Part shown: positions 28,140-38,609 of the stretch, in pieces
Layout of the letters: each line of letters begins with the position of its first letter
Numbering within the stretch: the first letter of the stretch is position 1
Virus record (IMG/VR): IMGVR_UViG_3300033143_003083
Coordinates: 13,173 to 77,172 of that record
DNA from: a virus
Length of the DNA: 64,000 nucleotides
Reading direction: 5' to 3' (one strand)
Notes under the pieces: generated by a model
Databases searched by the model: none
Told to the model about the DNA's origin: nothing
Seen by the model: only the letters and a program-made list of their open reading frames with translations
Position numbers and translations under genes: made by a program

Positions 28140-28456
28140 AAGTATGCAAACGCTTTGATTAACTCTATATCGTCCAGATCCCTTATCATATGATAGCTGT
28201 CACATAGGAATTTGCACAGAGGGTAATCACTACCATCAATCTGTATTATCTTATTTGGTTTGATGATAATATAGAATGAGTGTATTCCATCTTTCCAGCA
28301 TATCAATAACCTGCCATATAAATCAGTGAAGATACCACTATAGACAGTAGTTCCATTGAATGTCAAGACGAAGTGATTGGATGGGTCAGCAACGTAGTTG
28401 CATGAATCCCCTAAACTTTCTATATTTTCCACAATGGAAAAACTGGAAGTAATCAT
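28136..28456 (-). CDS. Small protein, ends FAYL
   Basis: Shares IQID motif with 27834-28139. Confidence 0.6.
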   Translation of the reverse strand: MITSSFSIVENIESLGDSCNYVADPSNHFVLTFNGTTVYSGIFTDLYGRLLICWKDGIHSFYIIIKPNKIIQIDGSDYPLCKFLCDSYHMIRDLDDIELIKAFAYL

Positions 28457-28472
28457 CAATAAATAACCGTAT

Positions 28473-28799
28473 ATGTCATACAATTATTTATTAAACACAA
28501 TAACACTAAAGGATGGACGAAAGTTACTGGGGATTGTAGATTTTGTTACAACAAAGCAATTATACTTCTTTGACTTCACCAATGAACACACAATAGACTA
28601 TGTTACGCTGTCTATCTTATGGAAGGGGAATCATGCTGAAATGCGGTTCTCGGTATTTTGTACTGTGGAGTATCCCGATATCAGACTGCCGAAGGTGATA
28701 CTGATACCACAGACTAATGTGGAAGATATTACAGGGAAGTTACCAAATCATAAGAAACCGAAGCAAAAGAAGCGACTGATAAAAATTATAGATTTATAA
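28473..28799 (+). CDS. Hypothetical late protein
   Basis: Isolated plus-strand ORF with TAAATA at 28460-28465. Confidence 0.6.
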   Translation: MSYNYLLNTITLKDGRKLLGIVDFVTTKQLYFFDFTNEHTIDYVTLSILWKGNHAEMRFSVFCTVEYPDIRLPKVILIPQTNVEDITGKLPNHKKPKQKKRLIKIIDL

Positions 28800-28997
28800 T
28801 TCACTAAACTCTAAATACTGTTTGCCTAACTCAGTTACTCTGAAATATCCCTTGACATCTTTTGCTATAAAAGAAACTCGTTCACCAGATATATAACCAA
28901 GGGTTATCATCTTTTTGATTTTTCCATCAGGATCAAAATAGCTTGTATAAGTGTAGTCACTTAACAAAAGTCTGTTAAGGGCATCAGCATAATCCAT
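28794..28997 (-). CDS. Small paralog family B
   Basis: LGYI...VTELG..YLEFSEL. Confidence 0.75.
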   Translation of the reverse strand: MDYADALNRLLLSDYTYTSYFDPDGKIKKMITLGYISGERVSFIAKDVKGYFRVTELGKQYLEFSEL

Positions 28998-28998
28998 T

Positions 28999-29205
28999 TT
29001 ACAACATTGCCATCTTAACTTTTGCGTGTAGTTCTTCTACACACTCGTCACATATTGATACTTTGAGTCCACCACCCCTTTCATTTTGGAGTGTTGATAC
29101 CATTTTATATGGATAGTTTAAATCTGTACCAGTAGGGGTCATTTGACTCTTATCGCAGAAGTTACATGACCCTAATACACGTCTTAACCCTCGTTCTACT
29201 TTCAT
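28999..29205 (-). CDS. Small Zn-binding protein
   Basis: CNFC...ICDEC. Confidence 0.6.
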   Translation of the reverse strand: MKVERGLRRVLGSCNFCDKSQMTPTGTDLNYPYKMVSTLQNERGGGLKVSICDECVEELHAKVKMAML

Positions 29206-29206
29206 A

Positions 29207-29806
29207 TCAGTACACCAATAATCCCATTACGTCACGCTTGTTCATCAGGCACACTATCTGATGGGCGTAAGCAATTGCATGTGCTTTTTTAAACATGTAC
29301 CCACCTTTACCCTTACGGTAGAGGTTAGGTCTTACCCTGACCCTGTTGGTAATGTAGTTCTCAATAAGATGTTTCTTATCAGGACGTATCAATGCTAACA
29401 CATCAGCAAGTTCCTGTATACTTTGTGGTTTTATTAATTCAACCAAGTCGAAGTGCTTCCCTACTTGTGGTAACTTCATGACGAAAGATTCATCCCTTAG
29501 TAATTTCCAATCAGGATTCTTCAGAGCATCCAGAACCTCTTGTTTGGTCTTGAATGAGTCGTATGCAGTTGCAGTCAGTAAATCTATCTTACTGAATCCC
29601 AGTTCCTCTGAGTTCTTGTACTCGATTGCTGCCATACCTGTCTCATTATCAACTGGTATGTTTGTGTCAACATAGTAACCGGATGGGTGTGGTTTTATTC
29701 TGTGCTTGTCATCATCATAGATTATTGCTCTGACACCATATACACTTTTGTCTGTACGAGACTGTACATCAATATCAATGTCACCAATAGATTTGTTATT
29801 GGACAC
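29207..29806 (-). CDS. Mini DnaE (Pol III alpha)-like protein
   Basis: DIDID, HPSG, GFSKIDLL, LALIRP, FKKAHA.AY motifs of family C polymerases. Confidence 0.8.
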   Translation of the reverse strand: MSNNKSIGDIDIDVQSRTDKSVYGVRAIIYDDDKHRIKPHPSGYYVDTNIPVDNETGMAAIEYKNSEELGFSKIDLLTATAYDSFKTKQEVLDALKNPDWKLLRDESFVMKLPQVGKHFDLVELIKPQSIQELADVLALIRPDKKHLIENYITNRVRVRPNLYRKGKGGYMFKKAHAIAYAHQIVCLMNKRDVMGLLVY

Positions 29807-30443
29807 TTTCTAAGAACCGTTCGAATCTGTCATATTCTAATGGTGATAACTTCCCGACAAATTCATCAAAACTAATTTCTTCAAAAAGTGATGTGTAGCT
29901 GATGTCACCTTTCTCAAGTGAACGTAATGCAAACACCGTATCTCTGTGTAACTGTCTCAGATGCTTACTTAAGAATATTGCACTCTTATGTTCGTCTACG
30001 TACTTGCCAACGTTTCTTCTGTAACGGGCAAACATTAACTCAGTCTTACCATGATTGAGTGCTGAGTTTAATGGTTCAAATCTGAATTCATGAATTATAA
30101 ATTTGAAGTAATCTGTCATATCACTTATGTTATGATCCATGCAAAAATTATAGAATGTGACAATGCCTGAATACTGTGATGATGTTCTGAACTTCTTCAT
30201 GGTGTACCCACGTGATCCACTTAATGCAGCAGATAACGTGTACCACTTATAAAATAATTCTTCTGTTGGAGTATTACCAAACACATGGTGATATTTGAAA
30301 CAGTCTTGTTTATCAAAATGATCATTGATGTTTTTTTCTTTCTTGTACTTTTTATCGCACACAGAACACACATAGTATTCTTCATCACGCAGAATACCTT
30401 TGCTGTAAATTTCTTCTATTGTATTAAAGCGTTTTAGTTTCAT
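29796..30443 (-). CDS. Zn-finger protein in replication cluster
   Basis: CSVCDKKY...H; start at MKLKRF. Confidence 0.65.
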   Translation of the reverse strand: MKLKRFNTIEEIYSKGILRDEEYYVCSVCDKKYKKEKNINDHFDKQDCFKYHHVFGNTPTEELFYKWYTLSAALSGSRGYTMKKFRTSSQYSGIVTFYNFCMDHNISDMTDYFKFIIHEFRFEPLNSALNHGKTELMFARYRRNVGKYVDEHKSAIFLSKHLRQLHRDTVFALRSLEKGDISYTSLFEEISFDEFVGKLSPLEYDRFERFLESVQ

Positions 30444-30556
30444 TCTTCGTGTCTTCTTTCTTGTATTTGTAATGAACCATTTGACCATGCAACACCAAAT
30501 TGTTAGCCTTTTCATAAAAAAAAGAATCTTGTAGTGAGTCAATCATTTTAATTAGG

Positions 30557-31024
30557 TTAAATCGTTTTAGTTTCATTCTTCAACTTCTTCATGTCTTCTT
30601 TTTCGTAACCGAGTTCTTCACCGATGGTCAGGATAGCTTCTGCTGTCAGTAATGGAATTATATCAGATGCGTGTCGTTCATCATACTCATAATATTTCAT
30701 TAAAGTTTTCAATGTAAAATTATTGGTACTCGTTTTAGTTTTCTTCTGGTAATAGAATCTGGTGTCTCGACCAAACCCATTCGAATAACATAACAATCTA
30801 TAAAGTAGTTTTGGGTGATCACCTAATGAAAACATATAAGGATTGGCAAACTCATTAGTCAGCACCAATCTGTTCTCAAGATTATTGTCTGCACCCTTAA
30901 CCCACATCTGTAAGACGTAAGGGGATACCGACTTAAGTTCTACTTCTGACAGGTTATCTAATGCATCCATCTTATTAGATGCCATGTCACTCAACAGTTT
31001 AAATATGTCTACTTTATAATTCAT
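30557..31024 (-). CDS. Probable clamp-loader small subunit (gp62-like)
   Basis: SPYVL..W...NE..N...F.L..HPKL.Y.LL. Confidence 0.65.
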   Translation of the reverse strand: MNYKVDIFKLLSDMASNKMDALDNLSEVELKSVSPYVLQMWVKGADNNLENRLVLTNEFANPYMFSLGDHPKLLYRLLCYSNGFGRDTRFYYQKKTKTSTNNFTLKTLMKYYEYDERHASDIIPLLTAEAILTIGEELGYEKEDMKKLKNETKTI

Positions 31025-31268
31025 ATTTGAACTTGTATGCTTCTTTCACAGTATCAGAAGGATTGATTATCATATGATAAATATCTTTGTCTTTTAGTAT
31101 TTCCCTGATAATTTCTTCATCGGTGATGTCACCCATATTCAGTTTGATGGCTAACAATATCCTACGATCTATTTCCAGACGCATTTGGGTAGACAGTTCG
31201 TTTTCTAATGTATTCCCAACAGGTTTGATAGTAGTCGTGTATGTACCCGCGTTGTTGATGATTGCCAT
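31014..31268 (-). CDS. Small protein, ends FKYEL
   Basis: ORF. Confidence 0.6.
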   Translation of the reverse strand: MAIINNAGTYTTTIKPVGNTLENELSTQMRLEIDRRILLAIKLNMGDITDEEIIREILKDKDIYHMIINPSDTVKEAYKFKYEL

Positions 31269-31271
31269 AAT

Positions 31272-31487
31272 TTATTCTGCTAATTTAGTAAGTCTTATAT
31301 CCCCAACGTGTAAAGCGTTAGTGGGGAAAATTATATCACCGTCAATCGTATTCTTCAACGTGTACTTTGCTGTGGCATTCACTTCATCTGCAATGATGTT
31401 CTGAACTTCAGATAAACTAGCTGCTTCTTCGTAACCGATATATGCAACACTCATGAATGTTATATGCACTTTGATCAAAAATCCCAA
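31272..31487 (-). CDS. Hypothetical protein
   Basis: ORF coupled to nrdB. Confidence 0.5.
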   Translation of the reverse strand: MGFLIKVHITFMSVAYIGYEEAASLSEVQNIIADEVNATAKYTLKNTIDGDIIFPTNALHVGDIRLTKLAE

Positions 31488-32479
31488 CCTTCAATTGATT
31501 CACTTCTGTCATATGATGTAACAGTTGTCTCAAAAAAGTTTTCACGCTTAACCTGTTCCAGATGTTTGTATGGGTTTTTTACTACTTCTGGATATAACGG
31601 GTCAATACCGATACGACCCAATCTGTCATTCGCCAGAAACTTAACATATTGTTCTGATGATTTTTGATTGATGCCAAGGATCTTGTCACCGTATACATGA
31701 TTAGCCCATTCAATTTCTTGTTGGACTGCAACATCAAACATATACCGGATCATATCATGATCTTCCTCAGTGAATAACTCTTTGATGATGTTGGTGAAGA
31801 TACCAATATGAGTCATTTCATCTGTGCGAATGTAATCAATAATCTTTGATGATTGTACTAACTTATTACGTGATGCCAGTTGATCAAAGAACATAAACCC
31901 CTGATAAAAATAGATAGACTCCAATAATAGATTCATAATAATGATCTTCTTGAAGTTGTCTAACGTTGGTTCATCTTTAAACTCCTGACCGATATCAGCA
32001 ACATACTTAATGCGCTTCAGTAACTCAGGATTTTCACGCCATTTGTTATAGATACTTTCTCTGGTCATCAATGGATAGAGCGCATCTAACATATACTGAT
32101 AACTTTGTGAGTGTATAACTTCCTGATACTGCTGGATGATAATTAAGTTAGCGACATTAGGTGCAGTGATATACTCGTGGATGTTACCAAGATTGTTACA
32201 CTGAAAACTATCCAAAAAAATAAGGAACGATAATGTATTTTTTGTTGCTTCATCTTCTGCATCCGTAAGTTCGTTAATGGTTGTTTTATCATCTGCCATA
32301 GATACCTTTTCTGGAATCCAAAAGTTTGAGGTCATGATACGATAGAGTGAATTACTCCATTTGTATTTGTTCTCATTCAGATTACTGATGCCAGTAGGTG
32401 ATCCATTAATCAGTTGTTGTTGTTCTGGTGAGTCATCACCACGTTCGTCAAAAAGTGTTATTGTTTTTAAGTCTGTCAT
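31475..32479 (-). CDS. nrdB: Ribonucleotide reductase class I beta subunit
   Basis: FW.PEKV, QEVIHSQSY, LES..FY.GF, DEMTH, NFFE. Confidence 0.95.
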   Translation of the reverse strand: MTDLKTITLFDERGDDSPEQQQLINGSPTGISNLNENKYKWSNSLYRIMTSNFWIPEKVSMADDKTTINELTDAEDEATKNTLSFLIFLDSFQCNNLGNIHEYITAPNVANLIIIQQYQEVIHSQSYQYMLDALYPLMTRESIYNKWRENPELLKRIKYVADIGQEFKDEPTLDNFKKIIIMNLLLESIYFYQGFMFFDQLASRNKLVQSSKIIDYIRTDEMTHIGIFTNIIKELFTEEDHDMIRYMFDVAVQQEIEWANHVYGDKILGINQKSSEQYVKFLANDRLGRIGIDPLYPEVVKNPYKHLEQVKRENFFETTVTSYDRSESIEGWDF

Positions 32480-32491
32480 TATTATTTTCTC

Positions 32492-34684
32492 CTATCCACT
32501 ACATCCAGCACATACTGCTTCACCACCAGTAATCACATCAATGTTCTCGCCTTTCTTAATTGACCTGATGTAATACACCGCTTTTGTTTTTTCTTTCCAT
32601 GCTGTCACAATCAAATCAAACAGATCCTTTGCTTCAAATCCTTCTTGATTCAAATCAAAAAGATACTCGGCACTGATACCAGTGTCAACAAATTTTTGTA
32701 GACCGCCTACCATCTTGGCAAGTATCTTCTGATCTATTCTTGATTGAGTTCTTTCATATGCCATCGGAAATTCTTTCAGGTACATTCCATACACCGAGAA
32801 TTTACCTGTCTTGTTATCTTCATTAAAGAATGCACTGTACACTGGCATGACACCAGCAGCAGCATCCATAAAAATAGAAGTACTTGTGTTGGGTGCAGGT
32901 GATGTCAATTGAGAATTACGGATACCATTTTTGTTCATATCCTTTTGTAATGCATCCCAGTTAAGATTTGATTTTGAATTCTTCTTGAACATATCAATCA
33001 TTTCACCAGTGTCCCATTTAGAACCTTCAAACGCTGGATACTTGCCACGTATTTTTGCAAGTTCAATTGATTTTCTGACTGCACCATACTCAATGAGTTC
33101 AGCAACATGAGCAATTGCAGTGGTGTCTTCCCATTGGATACCATACTTTGCAAGGTAATCATGCAGACCCTGAATACCTACTCCAACCGTTCTATAACGT
33201 TCATTATGTGCTTTGCTTTCTTTGATTGGGGGATTAGTCAATGCAATACCATTATCAAGTATATGAGTTGCTAATTCAGCAAGGGATATCATTTCTTCGT
33301 CTGACTCCACACGCCCTGCAACGATGCTTAAGAGGTTACAGGTGTGAGCATACAAGTCTGCTATCAAGTTACTGAACGACTCTGTACAGAGGTTAGCACA
33401 CGGTATGCTACCATCATGTGCATTAGGGTTCGTTGCATTGATATGGTCAATAAAAGTTAAGTATGGAAGACCAGTTTCAAATTGAGTCTTCATACTAATC
33501 TTAATTAAATCTCTGGCGTTATACGTCCCCACATTAGTAAGTGTACCTGCCTTAAATGCATTGACACATGTTTTGTAAGCGGCGTTAAATTCTTTGTTGT
33601 ACTTACCATGAAGTTCAACATTCAACACAGACTTAACTTCGTGTGGGCAGAATGTGTACCATGTCCCACCATCGTCTTTAAGTGCTTCTTTCATGAATAG
33701 ATCATGCAGACTTATCTGTGGGAAGATATCAAATGCTTTCTTGCGGAAGTCACCATTCTCACTTTGTATTTCAAGGAAGTCTTCAATGTCTCTGTGCCAG
33801 ATAGGAAGATGTACTGTGAATGCCCCTGCACGTTTCCCACCTTGATCAACTGCAACTGCAATATCATTAAACACTTTAGTCCATGATGGTGTGCCTTTAG
33901 ATGCATTTCGTACACCATTAACTGCTGCACCTTTGGCGCGAATCTTTGACATATCAATACCAAGACCCCCACCAAACTTAGAAATCATTGCAGCATTTTT
34001 CCAGTTATCTGCAATAGATTCCATAGAGTCGTTGACACCGATAATGAAACAACTAGAAATGTTTTTATTCGCACGAAGGTTTGATAACCAAGGCGTAGCA
34101 AGTGATAACTTGCGTAATGACAAAGCATCATATATTGATTTAGCGAACTCAAGTCGTTCTCCTTTGGGATCAACAGATGCAATAATCATGGCGTTAACCA
34201 TGTGCATTTGTTGTATACACTCACCATCAGAAAGATATTTTTTGGTTGCGGTAAGTACTGAACCATATGAGTGATCCAGATCACGGTTCTGAACAATATG
34301 TTCACCCAGATCGATTAGTTCACGCTTAGTCCATTTCTTAATGGCAGTATGTTTATACGTGCCTTTGCTTAATTGTTCTTGTATGTAGTACTGGAAAGTT
34401 TTTTCAAAGATTTGAGTGTTCTTCCATCGAAGCATAGTCTCAAGTCTTCCTGCAACGATAGACCATTCAGGTTCTTCTGGGACACATAATATTCTGGCAT
34501 GGTATATCAGATTCTTTTGAATGTCATTCGTTGAGATATCTTCTTTTATGAATTCATCGAACTTTGATTCGAGTACTAATGGGTTTACGTCTAACCCTTC
34601 TGTGCCCCAACCAATCACATTCTTAATTTTTTCTACATCGAAATTTTCTTTTCTGCCGTCACGTTTCTCTACAAAACCTGTCAT
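32492..34684 (-). CDS. nrdA: Ribonucleotide reductase class I alpha subunit with ATP cone
   Basis: VEKRDG, SSCF, GG.G.D, NLCTE, APNTSTS, YYIRS, CAGC. Confidence 0.96.
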   Translation of the reverse strand: MTGFVEKRDGRKENFDVEKIKNVIGWGTEGLDVNPLVLESKFDEFIKEDISTNDIQKNLIYHARILCVPEEPEWSIVAGRLETMLRWKNTQIFEKTFQYYIQEQLSKGTYKHTAIKKWTKRELIDLGEHIVQNRDLDHSYGSVLTATKKYLSDGECIQQMHMVNAMIIASVDPKGERLEFAKSIYDALSLRKLSLATPWLSNLRANKNISSCFIIGVNDSMESIADNWKNAAMISKFGGGLGIDMSKIRAKGAAVNGVRNASKGTPSWTKVFNDIAVAVDQGGKRAGAFTVHLPIWHRDIEDFLEIQSENGDFRKKAFDIFPQISLHDLFMKEALKDDGGTWYTFCPHEVKSVLNVELHGKYNKEFNAAYKTCVNAFKAGTLTNVGTYNARDLIKISMKTQFETGLPYLTFIDHINATNPNAHDGSIPCANLCTESFSNLIADLYAHTCNLLSIVAGRVESDEEMISLAELATHILDNGIALTNPPIKESKAHNERYRTVGVGIQGLHDYLAKYGIQWEDTTAIAHVAELIEYGAVRKSIELAKIRGKYPAFEGSKWDTGEMIDMFKKNSKSNLNWDALQKDMNKNGIRNSQLTSPAPNTSTSIFMDAAAGVMPVYSAFFNEDNKTGKFSVYGMYLKEFPMAYERTQSRIDQKILAKMVGGLQKFVDTGISAEYLFDLNQEGFEAKDLFDLIVTAWKEKTKAVYYIRSIKKGENIDVITGGEAVCAGCSG

Positions 34685-34729
34685 TGTCGTTCCTTATTAT
34701 TATTATTATTTTTGTACTGGTCAACATAT

Positions 34730-34978
34730 TTATAACTTGTCGAATTCCAGCATTTGTTCACCAAGTTCTGTCAAGGTAAAATCTATCCTTGTTCCATCCA
34801 CTCTTTCTGTTATATCTGTTATTTTTATCCAACCACTAGTATCAAACATTTGCATCCATATTGCAATATATGATCCGAGATATAATGAATATGGGTTCCC
34901 TTCTGGTTTTATTTTATGCAGATCGCATATTCTGGCGAATGTTTTTACTTCGCTGAAGCTGACATTTTTTTGTCTCAT
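34730..34978 (-). CDS. Small paralog family B
   Basis: SGWI...LTELG..MLEFDKL. Confidence 0.75.
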   Translation of the reverse strand: MRQKNVSFSEVKTFARICDLHKIKPEGNPYSLYLGSYIAIWMQMFDTSGWIKITDITERVDGTRIDFTLTELGEQMLEFDKL

Positions 34979-36225
34979 TAGTCAATCTTCATGAACTCAG
35001 GGATATTATCAATTGAAACTTTGCCAAGTCCGATGTCGTGTTCTACAATCCATCGTGTGCCATCTTTATTAGGGTGGAACGTGATATCATCACTGTTGTA
35101 TTCATGCCCTACATGCACGTGTACGTCCTCCTGAACGTGCTTAAAGATGTCAGTTAACTTATCAGGATGATCCATACTTTCATAGATAACCCCATTCAGG
35201 TCACGCTTAGACATCTTCTGTCCGGTGGCAACGCCTGATGTGACCCCAGCATGAACAAAATAGTGCAGACCATTAGATTTTTCAACCATCAGGTAAGGAT
35301 GTGAAGTTTCATAATAGTTGACGAATCTCAAACAGTAATGATCCATATCATCAGGATTCAATGAATAGAATTCAGCAATCGTTTTGTCTAAACCATGTGC
35401 AACACTCATTCCATATTTGGCATCATGACCTTCCGTCCAATAAAATGTATTATACTTATAGTCTGCTTCATCAGCATTCCACTTTTTCAACCAGCGATAG
35501 AACTTATTGTCGTGGTTACTGATGACGTTATCCATCTTGCCATCGGCAATCAAATCAAAAACTAGATTGAAAGTTTTGTATGATGATTCACCCCTGTCAA
35601 CGATGTCACCCAGACTAATGAATTTTACATTGTCATCATCTTTATACATTTCAACATATCGTTCAAGCACACGATACTCCCCATGCAGATCTGGAATCAC
35701 CACATAAGAATATTGTGAGTCGAGCGTATGTGCATCAGAATATTTTTCGTAATTGATATAAACACCGTCATCAGCGTTTAAATTGTACACAGTGTATTCA
35801 TCAGGAATCGTTTGGTTACTGATACGCTCAACCTGTCGTTTGTAAATGTTCTTGTACTTCCAACGATGTGCCAGACGTTCTTCTGTGAACTCAGATGAAA
35901 GTAATTCAGGGAACACAATGGCAACCAACGGTCTGTTATATTTCTTGGCAATAACCCTTGTCTGATCCAGAACATTCTGATTACCAGTAGAATCCAATAC
36001 AGTAAGGATACCGGCCTTTGCCCTTGCTTCAATTGTTGCATAGAAAATTTCAAATGTGGCAGAGTTGTAATCTTGATTTTCAAAATCACCAGACAACTGT
36101 TCACGAATGAAATCACTTTCAACAACATGGTGTTTTGCAAAATGGTGTTTTGCAAACGTAGACTTACCTGTTGCCATTGCCCCAATGAATACAATCAATG
36201 CATCTTGTTCAATTTTAATTTTCAT
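34978..36225 (-). CDS. Polynucleotide kinase-phosphatase
   Basis: GAMATGKSTFA P-loop; DLHG, LGDIVDRG, SNHD, VHAG metallophosphoesterase. Confidence 0.85.
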   Translation of the reverse strand: MKIKIEQDALIVFIGAMATGKSTFAKHHFAKHHVVESDFIREQLSGDFENQDYNSATFEIFYATIEARAKAGILTVLDSTGNQNVLDQTRVIAKKYNRPLVAIVFPELLSSEFTEERLAHRWKYKNIYKRQVERISNQTIPDEYTVYNLNADDGVYINYEKYSDAHTLDSQYSYVVIPDLHGEYRVLERYVEMYKDDDNVKFISLGDIVDRGESSYKTFNLVFDLIADGKMDNVISNHDNKFYRWLKKWNADEADYKYNTFYWTEGHDAKYGMSVAHGLDKTIAEFYSLNPDDMDHYCLRFVNYYETSHPYLMVEKSNGLHYFVHAGVTSGVATGQKMSKRDLNGVIYESMDHPDKLTDIFKHVQEDVHVHVGHEYNSDDITFHPNKDGTRWIVEHDIGLGKVSIDNIPEFMKID

Positions 36226-36643
36226 TCAATTCACCTAAATATTTTAACCGTTTAGCTTCTAACTTATCACTGTCAACTTCTGAACATGCACTGTCATAAG
36301 TTATGTCGATGTCTGTTTTATCAAAGAACACCATAGGTTTATCAAAATCATATGTCACGATACACTGGAATTTTTTATGTTCTGTTGTTGTCCTGACACC
36401 GTTCTCTGTTACCTTTGATATTTCCTCATGCCAACCTTTTTCTCTGGCATAAACCGAAACATCATATTTACCGAAGTATTCAATACATAAGTACATTGAC
36501 AAAAATGCAATGGCGGCAGCAATCATTGTACCAATTGGAATTATCTCACCCAGTATACCAGATGATGTGTTACTGGCATCAGCAAATAACACCGCAGCAA
36601 TGATCAAGAAAACTATAAACAAAAATATCAGTATTATGTCCAC
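36215..36643 (-). CDS. Membrane protein
   Basis: Two N-terminal TM segments. Confidence 0.6.
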   Translation of the reverse strand: MDIILIFLFIVFLIIAAVLFADASNTSSGILGEIIPIGTMIAAAIAFLSMYLCIEYFGKYDVSVYAREKGWHEEISKVTENGVRTTTEHKKFQCIVTYDFDKPMVFFDKTDIDITYDSACSEVDSDKLEAKRLKYLGELNEN

Positions 36644-36651
36644 ATCAGTAC

Positions 36652-37092
36652 CTATAATTTATGAATGAAATCATGTAACGCTTTTGCTTCTTCGCTTATG
36701 TCATGAATATATATATGAGCATCAACAAATCGTCTTACTAAATTTAGCTCTTGTTCTTTTGGTACAACAATATCAGAGTAAGAATAATGGGTAAGCATCG
36801 CCATACCAGATCTATCAGAACTTATCACCGCATCACATACCGCATCATTCCAACATCTTAGAATATCCGTAATCTTGAACAATGAAATAAAATCATCATG
36901 GTATTCCTGTAATAGTACATCAATTGCGTCATCATGTAAAAATCTTGTTATGTATTTCACTGAACTAATATTATACTTTACAATACGAACATCATATTTG
37001 GTTGGTATGGAATTCATGTATTCACACATGTATTCACGTGAGACAAACACCGCAACCATTGGCGAAAAAGAAATCTTTAAGTAGCTAATCAT
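36652..37092 (-). CDS. Hypothetical protein, ends FIHKL
   Basis: ORF, ATGA-coupled. Confidence 0.6.
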   Translation of the reverse strand: MISYLKISFSPMVAVFVSREYMCEYMNSIPTKYDVRIVKYNISSVKYITRFLHDDAIDVLLQEYHDDFISLFKITDILRCWNDAVCDAVISSDRSGMAMLTHYSYSDIVVPKEQELNLVRRFVDAHIYIHDISEEAKALHDFIHKL

Positions 37093-37235
37093 AGTTCAAT
37101 GTTACGCTCACATAACATATGCATCAACACGAAATAATTAGACCATGCACCACGCTGTGCTAATTTCCCTAATTCCTTTTCAACACTTCGTAAGAAATTC
37201 TTTTTATCTATTTCATTGGCATCACTAGTATTCAT
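37089..37235 (-). CDS. 48-aa ORF (not in track), ends NIEL
   Basis: Hand translation; ATGA overlaps on both sides. Confidence 0.55.
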   Translation of the reverse strand: MNTSDANEIDKKNFLRSVEKELGKLAQRGAWSNYFVLMHMLCERNIEL

Positions 37236-38338
37236 TCATCTTGCTCCCCTATAAACATTTCAAAATGTTTTTTGGCAAATGCTTTGTAGTCATTTACTTT
37301 ACCAGTATACATGTTCATGTACAACCCCATAAGACCATCATCCAAGTCTCTTGCCTTAATCGCATAATCTTTGCGGGTAAGATGCTTATTGGTTTCATGA
37401 TACAACTCAACCGTTGCAATCATATGGTTGAATATAGGATTTACCAGTGCAATCATATCATTGATGATCTTGACTGCAACCTTATCTTCTTCGAACATTA
37501 CAATGATGTCATCAATTTCTTCACCGATAATTGCCCTGAACAATCTCTTGGGGGAATTGATTGAGTCCTTTGCTCTGTGTCGTGCCAAATACCAATCAGT
37601 CTTAATCTTAATCATCTGATCATCATCAAGTCGCAGGACATAACCTTCTATACCATTTATCTGAGGAATCTGATCAACATATCGTCCAATGTCTACTATG
37701 CCACTGATACAATCCACCACAGCATACTTTTGTATCACCGATGGATAAAGATCATGAGGCATGTACTCCCCAGTGAAGTTGTTCCTGACGTTCAGCACAA
37801 CAAGACCATCATCTTCATATCCTAATACAATACGATTGTTCGGTGATGTCCATTCAAAATTAACTGTCCAACCCTGCAACCCTAATATATAAGACTCACC
37901 ACGTAACCTCTTATGATCTTCTTCTGCTAACCATTTCATAGCAGCAACTGCCTGATCAGAATCCAGACTACCTTTGGTCTTGAGTCTTACATCATTCATA
38001 TGTAAATAAGTTGAGATTAAGCTACCATCTTCCTTAACCATACAATGAGTTATTTTTGAAAAATCCACATTCTCGGTGAATGGGTTTTCTTTGTAATTGA
38101 AAAACTTAGTCATTGGTCGTGACGCAATATCAACGACATACCCATCACCATGAACTTCAAACATGATACCCCTACATTCAAGCGCAGAAGGTAACAAGAA
38201 ATCTGAATAAGAACATAGTCGATAATTGAAGATACGAAAAATCGTACCCATCAGTACGACATCTTTAAAGAAAAATGATTCTGAACTTTCAACCAGTGCC
38301 ATTAAGTCTGCGTAAATTTCAGTAAAATGTTTACTCAT
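37232..38338 (-). CDS. rnlA: RNA ligase 1 (T4 Rnl1-like)
   Basis: ECRG, KFFN, KEDGSL, FE..SP.NRIV, EGYV, KIKT.WY. Confidence 0.93.
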   Translation of the reverse strand: MSKHFTEIYADLMALVESSESFFFKDVVLMGTIFRIFNYRLCSYSDFLLPSALECRGIMFEVHGDGYVVDIASRPMTKFFNYKENPFTENVDFSKITHCMVKEDGSLISTYLHMNDVRLKTKGSLDSDQAVAAMKWLAEEDHKRLRGESYILGLQGWTVNFEWTSPNNRIVLGYEDDGLVVLNVRNNFTGEYMPHDLYPSVIQKYAVVDCISGIVDIGRYVDQIPQINGIEGYVLRLDDDQMIKIKTDWYLARHRAKDSINSPKRLFRAIIGEEIDDIIVMFEEDKVAVKIINDMIALVNPIFNHMIATVELYHETNKHLTRKDYAIKARDLDDGLMGLYMNMYTGKVNDYKAFAKKHFEMFIGEQDE

Positions 38339-38609
38339 TGATATCTCTCCAAAAAAGTATCAAACCTAAGTCTGGTACTTTTTTTATTGTCCATAACGGA
38401 TTGCCACCAGCAGATTTTTCAACATCATAATTTTTTTCAACATAACGCCATAGTGCTTGTTGGGTATATTTTTTATGCTGGTCTAATCGCTTATACCCTT
38501 TAGACTTAAATAATTGACACCATGTACCGTCCAACTTATGAGCAGCAAAAAATCTACGAGTATACTTGTCCAGTATCTTATCGTTCTTCAATCTTATACA
38601 TTTCATCAC
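38331..38609 (-). CDS. Hypothetical protein
   Basis: Coupled ORF. Confidence 0.55.
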   Translation of the reverse strand: MMKCIRLKNDKILDKYTRRFFAAHKLDGTWCQLFKSKGYKRLDQHKKYTQQALWRYVEKNYDVEKSAGGNPLWTIKKVPDLGLILFWRDINE

